A stretch of 64,000 nt of DNA from an uncultured Pseudomonadota bacterium (lineage in GTDB: Bacteria > Pseudomonadota > Alphaproteobacteria > JACZXZ01), in contig CAVVLJ010000016.1 in the NCBI GenBank assembly GCA_963749075.1, positions 896,001-960,000 on the forward strand, read 5' to 3'. Position numbers and translations under genes: made by a program. The notes under the pieces were generated by a model. The model saw nothing but the letters and a program-made list of their open reading frames with translations, searched no databases and was not told the origin of the DNA. Shown here one piece after another: positions 55,549-64,000 of the stretch (position 1 is its first letter; every line of letters begins with the position of its first letter).

Positions 55549-56116
55549 GCCGGCGGCGCCTACTCGGCGGCCTCCTCGGCCGGAATCGCGGGCGCCGGGT
55601 CCGCGTGCCGGAAGCCGCCCGACTGGCGCTGCCAGAGGCGCGCATAGCTGCCGCCGCTCGCCAAGAGCTCGGCATGGCCGCCTTCCTCGAGGATGCGCCC
55701 GTGGTCGAGCACGACGAGGCGGTCCATGCGCGCGATGGTGGAGAGCCGGTGCGCGATGGCGATCACCGTGCGGCCGCGCATGAGGCCGTCGAGCTGCTCC
55801 TGGATCGCCGCCTCGACCTCGGAATCGAGGGCCGAGGTCGCCTCGTCGAGGACGAGGATGGGCGCGTTCTTGAGGATCACCCGCGCGAGTGCGACGCGCT
55901 GGCGCTGCCCGCCCGAGAGCTTGACGCCGCGCTCGCCCACGTGGGCCTCGAAGCCGCGGCGACCTTGCCAATCCTCGAGCCCCTCGATGAACTCGAGCGC
56001 GTGCGCGCTCGCGGCCGCCTGCCGCACCTCCTCCTCGCTCGCCTCCGGCCGGCCGTAGCGGATGTTGTCGCGGATCGAGCGGTGGAGGAGCGAGGTGTCC
56101 TGCGTCACCATGGCGA
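55549..56116. repeat. 568-bp direct repeat, copy B (3' end of the intact ABC exporter)
   Basis: Matches 49005-49572. Confidence 0.95.
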
Positions 56117-57431
56117 TGTGGGCGCGCAGGCTCTCCTGCGTGACGTGGGCGATGTCCTGCCCGTCGATCGTGATGCGCCCGCCTTCGAGCTCATAGAAGC
56201 GCAGGAGCAGGTTGACGAGGGTCGACTTGCCGGCACCCGAGCGCCCGACGAGGCCGACGCGCTCGCCGGGCTCGATCGCGAGGTCGATGCCGTGGAGCAC
56301 GCCGCGCTCGGTGCCGTAGCCGAAGCGCACCCGCTCGAAGCGGATGCGGGCCGCGCCCACGCGCAGCACCGCGGCATCCGGGCGGTCCGTCAGCTGCCGC
56401 GGCACCGCGATCGAGCGCATGCCGTCCTGCACGACGCCCACGTTCTCGAAGATCGAGGTGACGTTCTGCGCCACCCAGCCGGCGATGTTGGCGATCTGCC
56501 AGGTGAGCGGCAGCGCCATGGCGACCGTGCCCACGGCGATGCTTCCGTCGTTCCACAGCCAGACCGCGGCCGCTCCCGTGCCGACGACCATCGTGGCATT
56601 GAGCGTCGTGAGCCCCAGGCTGAAGAAGGTGATCACGCGCAATTGCCGGCGGAAGCTCTCGGTATGGTCGTCGATCGCCGCGCGCACGAAATTGTCCTCG
56701 TCGCGCGGCCGCGCGAAGAGCTTGACCGTGACGATGTTCGTATAGCTGTCGACGACCCGGCCGGTGAGGGCCGAGCGCAGCTCGGACATCCGCCGCGAGC
56801 GTTCGCGCAAGCGGGGGACGAAGTAGCGCAGCAGCGCCACGTAGCCGGCGAACCACAGCAGCACGGGGAGCGCCAGGCGCTTGTCGTTCGAGCCCATCAT
56901 CAGCACGGCGCCGCCGCCGTAGACGAGGATGTACCAGACCGCGTTCGTCGACATGACGAGGCTCTCGCGCAACGCCGGACCCGTCTGCATGACGCGGTTG
57001 GCGAGGCGGCCGGCGAAATCGTTCTGGAAGAAGGCCCAGCTCTGCCGCACCACGTGCCAGTGGCTCTGCCAGCGGATGAGGTTGCTGAGGCCCGGATTGA
57101 TGGCCTGGTTGGTGATGAGGTTCTGGAGCAGGAGGGCCGCCGGCCGGGCGAGCAGCAGCACGAGCGCCATCCCGACGAGCAAGCGCCAGGCCTCGGCAAA
57201 GAGCGCGCCCGGCGCGTGACTCGAGACGAGGCCCACCAGCCGGCCGATGAAGAACGGGATCGTGGTGTCGAGAGCCGCCACCGTGAAACCGGCGGCGAAG
57301 AGGGCGACCACCAGCCCGCGCGCCTGCCGGGCGTAATGCCAGTAGAAGGCCATGAGCCCTGAGGGCGGCGGCGCCTCGGGCGAGAGTGCCGTGGGGACGA
57401 GCAGGCTCTCGAAGAAACGGAAGACGCGCAT
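55560..57431 (-). CDS. ABC exporter, fused permease/ATP-binding protein (MsbA/multidrug type)
   Basis: Multi-TM N-terminus, [45 protein letters not shown]. Confidence 0.95.
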   Translation of the reverse strand: MRVFRFFESLLVPTALSPEAPPPSGLMAFYWHYARQARGLVVALFAAGFTVAALDTTIPFFIGRLVGLVSSHAPGALFAEAWRLLVGMALVLLLARPAALLLQNLITNQAINPGLSNLIRWQSHWHVVRQSWAFFQNDFAGRLANRVMQTGPALRESLVMSTNAVWYILVYGGGAVLMMGSNDKRLALPVLLWFAGYVALLRYFVPRLRERSRRMSELRSALTGRVVDSYTNIVTVKLFARPRDEDNFVRAAIDDHTESFRRQLRVITFFSLGLTTLNATMVVGTGAAAVWLWNDGSIAVGTVAMALPLTWQIANIAGWVAQNVTSIFENVGVVQDGMRSIAVPRQLTDRPDAAVLRVGAARIRFERVRFGYGTERGVLHGIDLAIEPGERVGLVGRSGAGKSTLVNLLLRFYELEGGRITIDGQDIAHVTQESLRAHIAMVTQDTSLLHRSIRDNIRYGRPEASEEEVRQAAASAHALEFIEGLEDWQGRRGFEAHVGERGVKLSGGQRQRVALARVILKNAPILVLDEATSALDSEVEAAIQEQLDGLMRGRTVIAIAHRLSTIARMDRLVVLDHGRILEEGGHAELLASGGSYARLWQRQSGGFRHADPAPAIPAEEAAE

Positions 57432-57647
57432 GCTTTGCGATCCTCGTGGCGTGGTCGTGGCGCCGCCCGGGCGCATGTCCTCATGCGAGATACGAGCGAC
57501 GCCGGTCAGGCCGGCGCTTCCCGGGCGGCAGCGGCGGCGGCGCCCGCGTCGACCATTGGACGATCGCAGATTGAACGCCGCAGTTTACTTCGTCGCGGCG
57601 CTGAGTTCGAGAAAAAGCAGGCGGCGACGGCGGCCGGCACGTGCGCG

Positions 57648-58607
57648 CTATCGGAGGTCCTCTTTCTCGCCGTCGAGCGGCAGCTTGAGGTACGCCGCGC
57701 GCCAGCCCTGCCACTCGCCCCGATAGTGGATCTCGATGAAGTACTGCACGATCGACAGCACGGTCGTCAGCGCCAGATACCAGAGCGAGGCCACGATGAG
57801 CAGCGGGATCGTCTCGAACGTCCGGCTGTAGATGTTGCCGGCCAACTCCATGAGCTCCTCGAGCGCCACGACGCTGGCGAGCGAGGAATATTTGAGCATG
57901 CCGATGACCTGATTGCCGGTCGGCGGCACGATGGCCTTCATGGCCTGCGGCAAGACCACGACCATCAGGGTCTGGAGCCGCCCGTAGCCGAGCGACTTGG
58001 CCGCCTCCGTCTGGCCGAGATCCACCGAGAGGATGCCGCCCCGCACGATCTCGGCCATGTAGGCGCCCTCGTTGAGCCCGAGGCCGAGAAGGGCGGCGGT
58101 AAAGGAGGAGATCGCCACGGTGCTCGGCACGGAGAGGAATTTGGGGCCGCCGAAGGGGATGCCCAGGGAGAGCGCAGGGAAGAGCGAGGCGAGGTTGTAC
58201 CAGAAGACGAGCTGCACCAGGACGGGCGTGCCGCGGAAGAACCAGATATAGGCGCCCGCGGCGAGCGCCATGACGTTGTTTCCCGAGAGCTTCATGGCCG
58301 CCAGGACCAGGCCGATCGCGATGCCGGCCGCCATGACCAGGAGGGTGAGCTCGCAGGTCATCGAGAGGCCGGAGAGGATCTCGCTTTCGAGCATGTATTT
58401 CGCGACGACGGACCACTCGAACCCGGGGTTGGTGAGCACCTGGAAGACGACCCAGGCGACGAAGACCGCGACGGCGGCAGCGCCGACCCATTGCCCCCAG
58501 CTCGCGCGGCGCACCACCTTGACCGGAGGGCCCGCCTCGGGGCTGCGCTTCTCGACTGCGGGTCCTGGCTCCATGACGGCATTATCCCGGCTGAGTGCGG
58601 CTACCAT
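57648..58607 (-). CDS. Amino acid ABC transporter permease
   Basis: YIWFFRGTPVLVQL, AYMAEIVRGGI, GQTEAAKSLG, LPQAM. Confidence 0.93.
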   Translation of the reverse strand: MVAALSRDNAVMEPGPAVEKRSPEAGPPVKVVRRASWGQWVGAAAVAVFVAWVVFQVLTNPGFEWSVVAKYMLESEILSGLSMTCELTLLVMAAGIAIGLVLAAMKLSGNNVMALAAGAYIWFFRGTPVLVQLVFWYNLASLFPALSLGIPFGGPKFLSVPSTVAISSFTAALLGLGLNEGAYMAEIVRGGILSVDLGQTEAAKSLGYGRLQTLMVVVLPQAMKAIVPPTGNQVIGMLKYSSLASVVALEELMELAGNIYSRTFETIPLLIVASLWYLALTTVLSIVQYFIEIHYRGEWQGWRAAYLKLPLDGEKEDLR

Positions 58608-58672
58608 AGCAGCGGGCCGCGCCGCACATCAACGAGGGGTCGGCCGGGGTGCGCGCGGGTACGGCGCCGAAT

Positions 58673-58726
58673 GGATTTCCTCATCCTTCGAGACGGGCCT
58701 GCGGCCCTCCTCAGATGAGGAAATCC
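58673..58726. repeat. REP-like hairpin (family C)
   Basis: GGATTTCCTCATC...GATGAGGAAATCC arms around CTTCGAGACGGGCCTGCGGCCCTCCTCA, between the SBP and permease genes. Confidence 0.7.
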
Positions 58727-58805
58727 GCCAAACCTGGAGGCGGCGGTAGGCAACGCTCCCCGCGGGCAGCTCCGCAGCCGGGCGCTCAGGCGGCGGTAAG
58801 GCGCC

Positions 58806-59702
58806 TCACTTGGCCCCGCCCTTCTGCACTTCCTCGAGCGTGAGCGCCGCATCGGCGACGCCGAACTGGTCGAGTATCTTCTCGTAGGAGCCGTCGCGCA
58901 CCATGTCCTCGAGCGCGCGGCGAAACGCCGCCGCGAGCTCGGCGTTGTCCTTGGCGATCACGATGCCGGCGAGGCTCGTCGTTCCCGCGAGCGTGCCCTG
59001 GGTCATGCTGAGCTTGTCGTTGCGCTGCGCCACATAGACGCCGACCGCGCGGTCGGTGAGGAAGCCGTCGCCCCGCCCGTTGGCGACCGCGAGATAGGTG
59101 TCGGCGCTGTCCGGGAAATATTGCAGGGTGATGGGCTTGTCCTTCGCGGCGACGCATTGGTCGGAGATGCGCTGGGCGACCGCGACCTGCGAGCTCCCTT
59201 GGGTGAGGCAGAGGGTGCGCCCGCAGAGGTGGGCGATGGTCACGTCCGTGACGCCGTGGCGGACGAGGAGGCCGAGCCCGCCCTTATAATAGTCGACGTA
59301 CTGCACGATCTTGAGCCGCTCGGGCGTCTCCGCGAGCTGATCGACGCCGGCATCGAAGCGGCCGGTCGAGACGCCCGGGACGATTGCCGGGAACTTAACA
59401 TCGGTGAAGTTGGGCGTGAGCCCGAGCCTCGCCGCGAGTGCCCTCATGAGGCGGATGTCGAGGCCGTCCGGCTGCCCGTCCGCCGTCTTGAAGTCGAAGG
59501 GCGGCCATTGCAGCGAGGTCGCCACCTCGAGCGTGCCCGAGCTCTTGTTCTTGGCGGGCAAGAGGGCGCGGGCGGCCTGATCGACGGCCGCCGCCGGCGC
59601 CGCGCTCGAGGCGGTCTGGGCGTTGCATAAAGCGGGGACGACCAAGGCCGCCGCCAGTCCGAGGCCAAGTAGCCAGCTGCTGCGTTGCTGTACGTCTGCC
59701 AT
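58806..59702 (-). CDS. Amino acid ABC transporter substrate-binding protein (SBP family 3)
   Basis: Signal peptide; WPPFDF, GLDIRL, TPERLK, LCG, DGSYEKILDQFG. Confidence 0.92.
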   Translation of the reverse strand: MADVQQRSSWLLGLGLAAALVVPALCNAQTASSAAPAAAVDQAARALLPAKNKSSGTLEVATSLQWPPFDFKTADGQPDGLDIRLMRALAARLGLTPNFTDVKFPAIVPGVSTGRFDAGVDQLAETPERLKIVQYVDYYKGGLGLLVRHGVTDVTIAHLCGRTLCLTQGSSQVAVAQRISDQCVAAKDKPITLQYFPDSADTYLAVANGRGDGFLTDRAVGVYVAQRNDKLSMTQGTLAGTTSLAGIVIAKDNAELAAAFRRALEDMVRDGSYEKILDQFGVADAALTLEEVQKGGAK

Positions 59703-59807
59703 GATACGAAGACCCTCCTCTGAATGAATGCCCTGATTCCAGGTGCTTGCGATGCGGGTTGCCGATGGCGATTCGCGGCCTTCCTCGCTGAGAAGCGCTC
59801 GCGTCCG

Positions 59808-60860
59808 CTATTGCGCCGCCGCGGGGCGGCGCTCGAGCAGCGCTCCGACATCCTCGACGAAGGACCGCATCACCTCGGCGATGCCCGTGCCCTTGCAGGC
59901 ATGCGGGCGGATCGTGATGCCGGTGACCTCCGGCCGCAGCATGGCGGCGATCCGTGCCGCGACGCGCTCGGGGCTGCCGGCGAGCATGCTCGCATCGACC
60001 ACCTCCAGCGGCAAGGCCGCCGCCGCGGCGTCCGCGAGCGATTTGTCCTGCTTCGCCGCGATGGCCGAGAACTCGGCCGGCACGCTGACGCCGAGGCGGG
60101 TTAAGAAATCCCAGCGCGGATAGGCGCTGATGAGGCGCAAGGCGAGGCGCCGGCGCATGGCCTCGATCGCCGCCGTCTCGTCGCGCGAGATGCAGACCTC
60201 CCAGCGCAGATTGATGTCGATCTCGCCCATCGCGCGGCCGGCCTTGGCCGCACCCTCGGCGATCTGCGCCAAATAGAAGTCGAGCGCCGCCGGTGCCGCG
60301 ATGTTGGCGATCAGCACGCCGTCGGCAAGCTCGCCCGCGAGCCGGCTGATCTGGGCGCCCTGGGTCGCGATGTAGATCGGAACGCGCTGGCGCAGCGGCG
60401 TGAACTCGAGCCTGGCGTCTCTCAGCGAGATCACCTTGCCGTCGTAGCTGACCTCCTCGCCGAGCAGCAGGCGGCGGACGATGGCGATGGTCTCGCGCAT
60501 GGCGGCCACGGGCAAGGTCTTGGCGATGCCGAGCTCGCGAAAGCCGGCGCCGCCGAGGCCGAGGCCGAGCACCGCCCGGCCTTGGGAAAGCTCGTCGAGC
60601 GTCGCGATCGCTGCGGCGGTGACCGCCGGGTGGCGCGAATAGGGGTCGGTGACGCCGGTCCCGAGCAGGATGTCCGTGGTCCGCATCGCGACGCTGGCGA
60701 GGCCGACGTAGCACTCGCGCAAGAGGCGCACGTCGGTGTACCAGAAGCTGCGGTAGCCGAGCTCCTCGGCGAGTGCGCCGAGCCGCAGCAGCTCGCCGGC
60801 CGGATACTCCGCATTCAGGAGGACGCCGAGCGGCCGCGTTGCGGAGGAAGCTGCGCTCAT
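59808..60860 (-). CDS. LLM class flavin-dependent oxidoreductase (Mer/luciferase-like)
   Basis: AEELGY..FW, LGTGVTDPYSRHPAVTA, LDELSQGRAVLGLG.G, PIYIA, AGELADG. Confidence 0.92.
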   Translation of the reverse strand: MSAASSATRPLGVLLNAEYPAGELLRLGALAEELGYRSFWYTDVRLLRECYVGLASVAMRTTDILLGTGVTDPYSRHPAVTAAAIATLDELSQGRAVLGLGLGGAGFRELGIAKTLPVAAMRETIAIVRRLLLGEEVSYDGKVISLRDARLEFTPLRQRVPIYIATQGAQISRLAGELADGVLIANIAAPAALDFYLAQIAEGAAKAGRAMGEIDINLRWEVCISRDETAAIEAMRRRLALRLISAYPRWDFLTRLGVSVPAEFSAIAAKQDKSLADAAAAALPLEVVDASMLAGSPERVAARIAAMLRPEVTGITIRPHACKGTGIAEVMRSFVEDVGALLERRPAAAQ

Positions 60861-61051
60861 TTACGTTGACGATCCGGCCACAAGAGCCCGCCGATGCTCC
60901 AGTTCTCCCGCTTCACCTCGTCGATCACCACGTGGACGGCCTCGGGGGGGACGGCGGCCACGCGCGCAACCACCTCGGTAATGCCCTTCACGAGCTCCCG
61001 CTTCTGATCGAGCGAGCGGCCATCGTACAGCGAGACGGTCACGATCGGCAT
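60857..61051 (-). CDS. 4-oxalocrotonate tautomerase family protein
   Basis: Pro-1 after Met: MPIVTVSLYDGRSLDQKREL...ENWSIGG; 64 aa; GGAGG RBS. Confidence 0.92.
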   Translation of the reverse strand: MPIVTVSLYDGRSLDQKRELVKGITEVVARVAAVPPEAVHVVIDEVKRENWSIGGLLWPDRQRK

Positions 61052-61097
61052 GGCATGCCCTCCGGGAGGCGGCCCCAACGGCCGAGAGCTCAATCGC

Positions 61098-61412
61098 TCA
61101 GAGATGGACTTCCTTGAACTCGCCCACGCTCTCGAGCGGGCTCGCGAGGATGGTCTTCGCCTTGGCGCGCAACGCCGCCTCGGCCGGTGCCGCCTGCCAC
61201 TTCTCGAGATCGGCGCTGCTCTCCCAGCCATTGACGAGAAGCCAGCTGTTGGCCTCCTTGGTGTCGCGCAGCAGGAGGGAATAGACGCAGCCCGGCCAGG
61301 CGCACATCTGCGGCAGGATCTCGTCGCGCCGGAAGGCCAGGTACACCTCCTCCTTGCCCGGCTGAACGCGGGCGCGGGAGACGGTGACGAAGAGATCCTT
61401 GTGGTAATGCAT
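61098..61412 (-). CDS. ABM-domain (antibiotic biosynthesis monooxygenase-like) protein
   Basis: RVQPGKEE, PGC, WESSADLEKW; GAGGAGG RBS. Confidence 0.75.
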   Translation of the reverse strand: MHYHKDLFVTVSRARVQPGKEEVYLAFRRDEILPQMCAWPGCVYSLLLRDTKEANSWLLVNGWESSADLEKWQAAPAEAALRAKAKTILASPLESVGEFKEVHL

Positions 61413-61575
61413 CGAGCACCTCCTCTCGAGACGGCAGCTCAGCACAGCGGGGCCGCTCGCCCTTCCTCGGAAGGCTAGGGGTGCCGCTTGGGGTGCATCA
61501 ACAAAAGATTTGCCGGGGAACGACGCCCCAGCTGAGCTAAGGGCAGGCGGGGAAAGCGTTGTGGCCGAGCGCGCG

Positions 61576-61615
61576 CTCCCCACCCCCGGGGCTCTTGGTC
61601 CCGGGAGTGGGAAGA
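61576..61615 (-). terminator. Possible terminator-like hairpin downstream of catalase
   Basis: CCCAC-C-CCCGGG ... CCCGGG-A-GTGGG stem; no clear U-tract. Confidence 0.3.
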
Positions 61616-61643
61616 CGGGCGAGGCGAGGCGGCGGCCTGGCGG

Positions 61644-63122
61644 CTACTCCGCCGCTTGCGGCCTCTTCTCCAAGCCGAGCCGCTCGGCGACGCCGCGGCC
61701 GTAGGCCGCGTCCGCCTTCGCGAAATGCTCGATCTGGCGCAGCTGGATCATCTCCGGTACGCCTTGCATGGCGGCGGCGACGTTGTCCATGAGCTGCTTT
61801 TTCTGCGTCGGCGACATCAGGCGGAACAATGCACCCGCTTGGCCATAATCGTCGTTGCCCTTGCGGTGGTCGTAGCGGTCCGCTTCGCCCGAGATCGGCA
61901 GCGGCGGCTCCTTGAAGCGCTGGTCCTCGACCGGGCCGCCGAAGCTGTTGGGCTCGTAATTGACGGCTCCGCCGAAATTGCCGTCGAACCGCATGGCGCC
62001 GTCGCGGTGATAGTCGTGGACCGGACAACGCGCCTTGTTGACCGGCAGGCTCTCGTAATTCACGCCGAGGCGATAGCGATGCGCATCGGCGTAGGAGAAG
62101 ATGCGGAACTGCAGCATCTTGTCCGGGCTGTGGCTGATCCCCGGCACCACATTCGCCGGCGAGAACGACGCCTGCTCCACCTCGGCGAAATAGTTATCCG
62201 GATTGCGGTTGAGCTCCATCACGCCGACCTCGACCAGCGGATAGTCTTTGTGCGGCCAGACCTTGGTCAGGTCGAAGGGGTTGTAGGGCGTCTTGGAGGC
62301 GTCCGCCTCGGGCATGATCTGCACGCTGAGGCGCCACTTCGGATAGTCGCCGTGCTCGATCGCCTCGAAGAGGTCCCGCTGATGGCTCTCGCGGTCGCCG
62401 CCGACGATGCGCGCCGCCTCCGCGTCGGTCAAATTGGCGACGCCCTGCATGGACTTGAAGTGGAACTTCACCCAGAAGCGCTCGCCCTTGGCGTTGATGA
62501 AGCTGTAGGTGTGGCTGCCGAAACCATGCATATGGCGATAGGTCTTGGGCAGTCCGCGGTCGGAAAACAGGATGGTGACCTGATGCAGGCTCTCGGGCGA
62601 AAGGGACCAGAAGTCCCACATCGCCGTCGGGTTGCGCAGGTTGCTCTTGGGATCGCGCTTCTGCGTGCGGATGAAGTCGGGAAACTTGTAAGGGTCGCGC
62701 ACGAAGAAGACAGGCGTGTTGTTGCCGACGAGGTCCCAATTGCCCTCGTCCGTGTAGAATTTCATCGCGAAGCCGCGCACGTCGCGCTCGGCGTCGGCGG
62801 CGCCCCGCTCGCCCGCTACGGTCGAGAAGCGCACCAGGCACTCCGTCTTCTTTCCCACCTTGCCGAACAGAGCGGCCTTCGTGTAGCGGCTGACGTCCTT
62901 GGTCACGGTGAGCGTGCCATAGGCCGCCGAGCCCTTCGCATGCACCACCCGTTCCGGGATACGTTCGCGGTTGAAATGGGCGTGCTTCTCGAAGAGCTGC
63001 CAATCCTGCACGAGCAACGGCCCGCGCGGACCGGCGGTCAGGCTGTTCTGATTGTCACCGACGGGTATGCCGGCGGCCGTGGTGAGCACGGCACCCCCGG
63101 CACTGCTGGATTTCTTGACCAT
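61644..63122 (-). CDS. katA: Monofunctional heme catalase (small subunit)
   Basis: [15 protein letters not shown] active site, [23 protein letters not shown] heme-ligand motif. Confidence 0.96.
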   Translation of the reverse strand: MVKKSSSAGGAVLTTAAGIPVGDNQNSLTAGPRGPLLVQDWQLFEKHAHFNRERIPERVVHAKGSAAYGTLTVTKDVSRYTKAALFGKVGKKTECLVRFSTVAGERGAADAERDVRGFAMKFYTDEGNWDLVGNNTPVFFVRDPYKFPDFIRTQKRDPKSNLRNPTAMWDFWSLSPESLHQVTILFSDRGLPKTYRHMHGFGSHTYSFINAKGERFWVKFHFKSMQGVANLTDAEAARIVGGDRESHQRDLFEAIEHGDYPKWRLSVQIMPEADASKTPYNPFDLTKVWPHKDYPLVEVGVMELNRNPDNYFAEVEQASFSPANVVPGISHSPDKMLQFRIFSYADAHRYRLGVNYESLPVNKARCPVHDYHRDGAMRFDGNFGGAVNYEPNSFGGPVEDQRFKEPPLPISGEADRYDHRKGNDDYGQAGALFRLMSPTQKKQLMDNVAAAMQGVPEMIQLRQIEHFAKADAAYGRGVAERLGLEKRPQAAE

Positions 63123-63200
63123 GATACGCCCTCCTTTCGCGAGCGGCCCGGAGATGCGAAGCAAAGCCGTACATATTCGCTGCCTCGCTCGGGACGCGCA

Positions 63201-63214
63201 TTGATCCAGATCAA
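63201..63214. promoter_or_regulatory. FNR/FixK box
   Basis: TTGAT-CCAG-ATCAA, perfect consensus, about 80 bp upstream of katA. Confidence 0.8.
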
Positions 63215-63285
63215 GTTGCCGGTGCGACGGGCGCAGCGGCGCGTTCTCGATGCGGAGACGGTGGACCGGATGCGGCGGCCGGTCC

Positions 63286-63323
63286 AATGAGTTCTTCTTG
63301 TCAAATAAATCGGAAATTCAATG
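63286..63323. promoter_or_regulatory. AT-rich tract, possible OxyR/LysR-type site
   Basis: ATGAGTTCTTCTTGTCAAATAAATCGGAAATTCAATGA loosely resembles the four-tetranucleotide OxyR pattern; upstream of catalase. Confidence 0.3.
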
Positions 63324-63346
63324 ACGAGGCGGGCACCGCCGGCGAT

Positions 63347-63360
63347 TTGATCAGGATCAA
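63347..63360. promoter_or_regulatory. FNR/FixK box
   Basis: TTGAT-CAGG-ATCAA, perfect consensus, about 95 bp upstream of the hemerythrin gene. Confidence 0.8.
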
Positions 63361-63453
63361 TGCGACGCGCTCGAGCCCGGCATACTCTGCAATCCAGCCA
63401 CGAGATCCGGCAGTCTCGACGGTCGAGACGGGCAAATTGGGGATTTCCTTGCG

Positions 63454-64000
63454 ATGCACGAAATCCTTCAGACGCTGCGGCAGGAGCACCGGAATATCCT
63501 CAGCCTGATCAGCGCGCTCGAGTGGCAGGTGGCCGAGTTCGAGCGCGGCAATGTGCCCGACTACGACGCGATCGGCGCGAATGTCGAGTATTTCCTGAAT
63601 TTCCCCGATCTTTTCCATCATCCGAAAGAGGATCTGGTGTTCGCGAAACTGCGCGAACGCGACCCGGCAGTGGCTGCCGGCGTCGGCGAGCTGCGCCGCT
63701 TGCATGAGGAGCTCGGCGCGCGCACGCGGGAATTCTCGGCGAGTGTGCACGCCGTGCTCGACGAGCTGGAGATTCCGCGCAACGCATTCATTCAACGGGC
63801 GCGCCGCTTCATCGAGCTGCAGCGCCAGCATATCGAGATGGAGGAGGCCGGCTTCTTTCCCGCCGCCGACAAGACGCTGACCGCGGAAGACTGGGCGGAT
63901 TTGAAGGCGTGCATGACGACGGCGGAAGACCCCTTGTTCGGCGAAAACGTCTCGCTAAAGTTCGACCACCTGCGCCAGATGATTCTGACCTGGCAGGCCG
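63454..64000 (+). CDS. Hemerythrin (HHE cation-binding) domain protein; runs off window end and is absent from the ORF track
   Basis: Translated by hand: MHEILQTLRQEHRNI...FPDLFHHPKEDLVF...LHEEL...QRQHIEMEEAGFFP. Confidence 0.88.
   Translation, partial: MHEILQTLRQEHRNILSLISALEWQVAEFERGNVPDYDAIGANVEYFLNFPDLFHHPKEDLVFAKLRERDPAVAAGVGELRRLHEELGARTREFSASVHAVLDELEIPRNAFIQRARRFIELQRQHIEMEEAGFFPAADKTLTAEDWADLKACMTTAEDPLFGENVSLKFDHLRQMILTWQA

Noticed and set aside
61474-61560. TPP riboswitch (CTAGGGGTGC...CTGAG)
   Set aside because: It lacks the ACCC and ACCTGA...TAAT core, and there is no downstream gene on that strand

Overview
High-GC (about 70% by eye) bacterial DNA with an alphaproteobacterial gene repertoire. 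It is dominated by ABC transporters and small-molecule catabolic enzymes, and also holds parE, HU, a catalase and a hemerythrin-domain gene. About eight single-base frameshifts in otherwise intact genes suggest uncorrected long-read indels. The standout region is a lower-GC island of about 6 kb (49573-55548). It carries five co-oriented genes: two unknown ORFs, an 892-aa tandem KaiC/RecA-like ATPase, a C5 DNA methyltransferase and a Vsr endonuclease, followed by an IS66-like remnant. I recognise no restriction endonuclease or integrase in it. The island is bracketed by a 568-bp, roughly 96% identical duplication of the 3' end of an ABC exporter gene. It is a candidate undescribed defence/conflict system. 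Other notable signals are two perfect FNR/FixK boxes between katA and the hemerythrin gene, a consensus sigma-54 promoter, a 5x15-bp tandem repeat that multiplies a start codon, and REP-like palindromes. All protein calls come from motif recognition by eye; no database searches were run.
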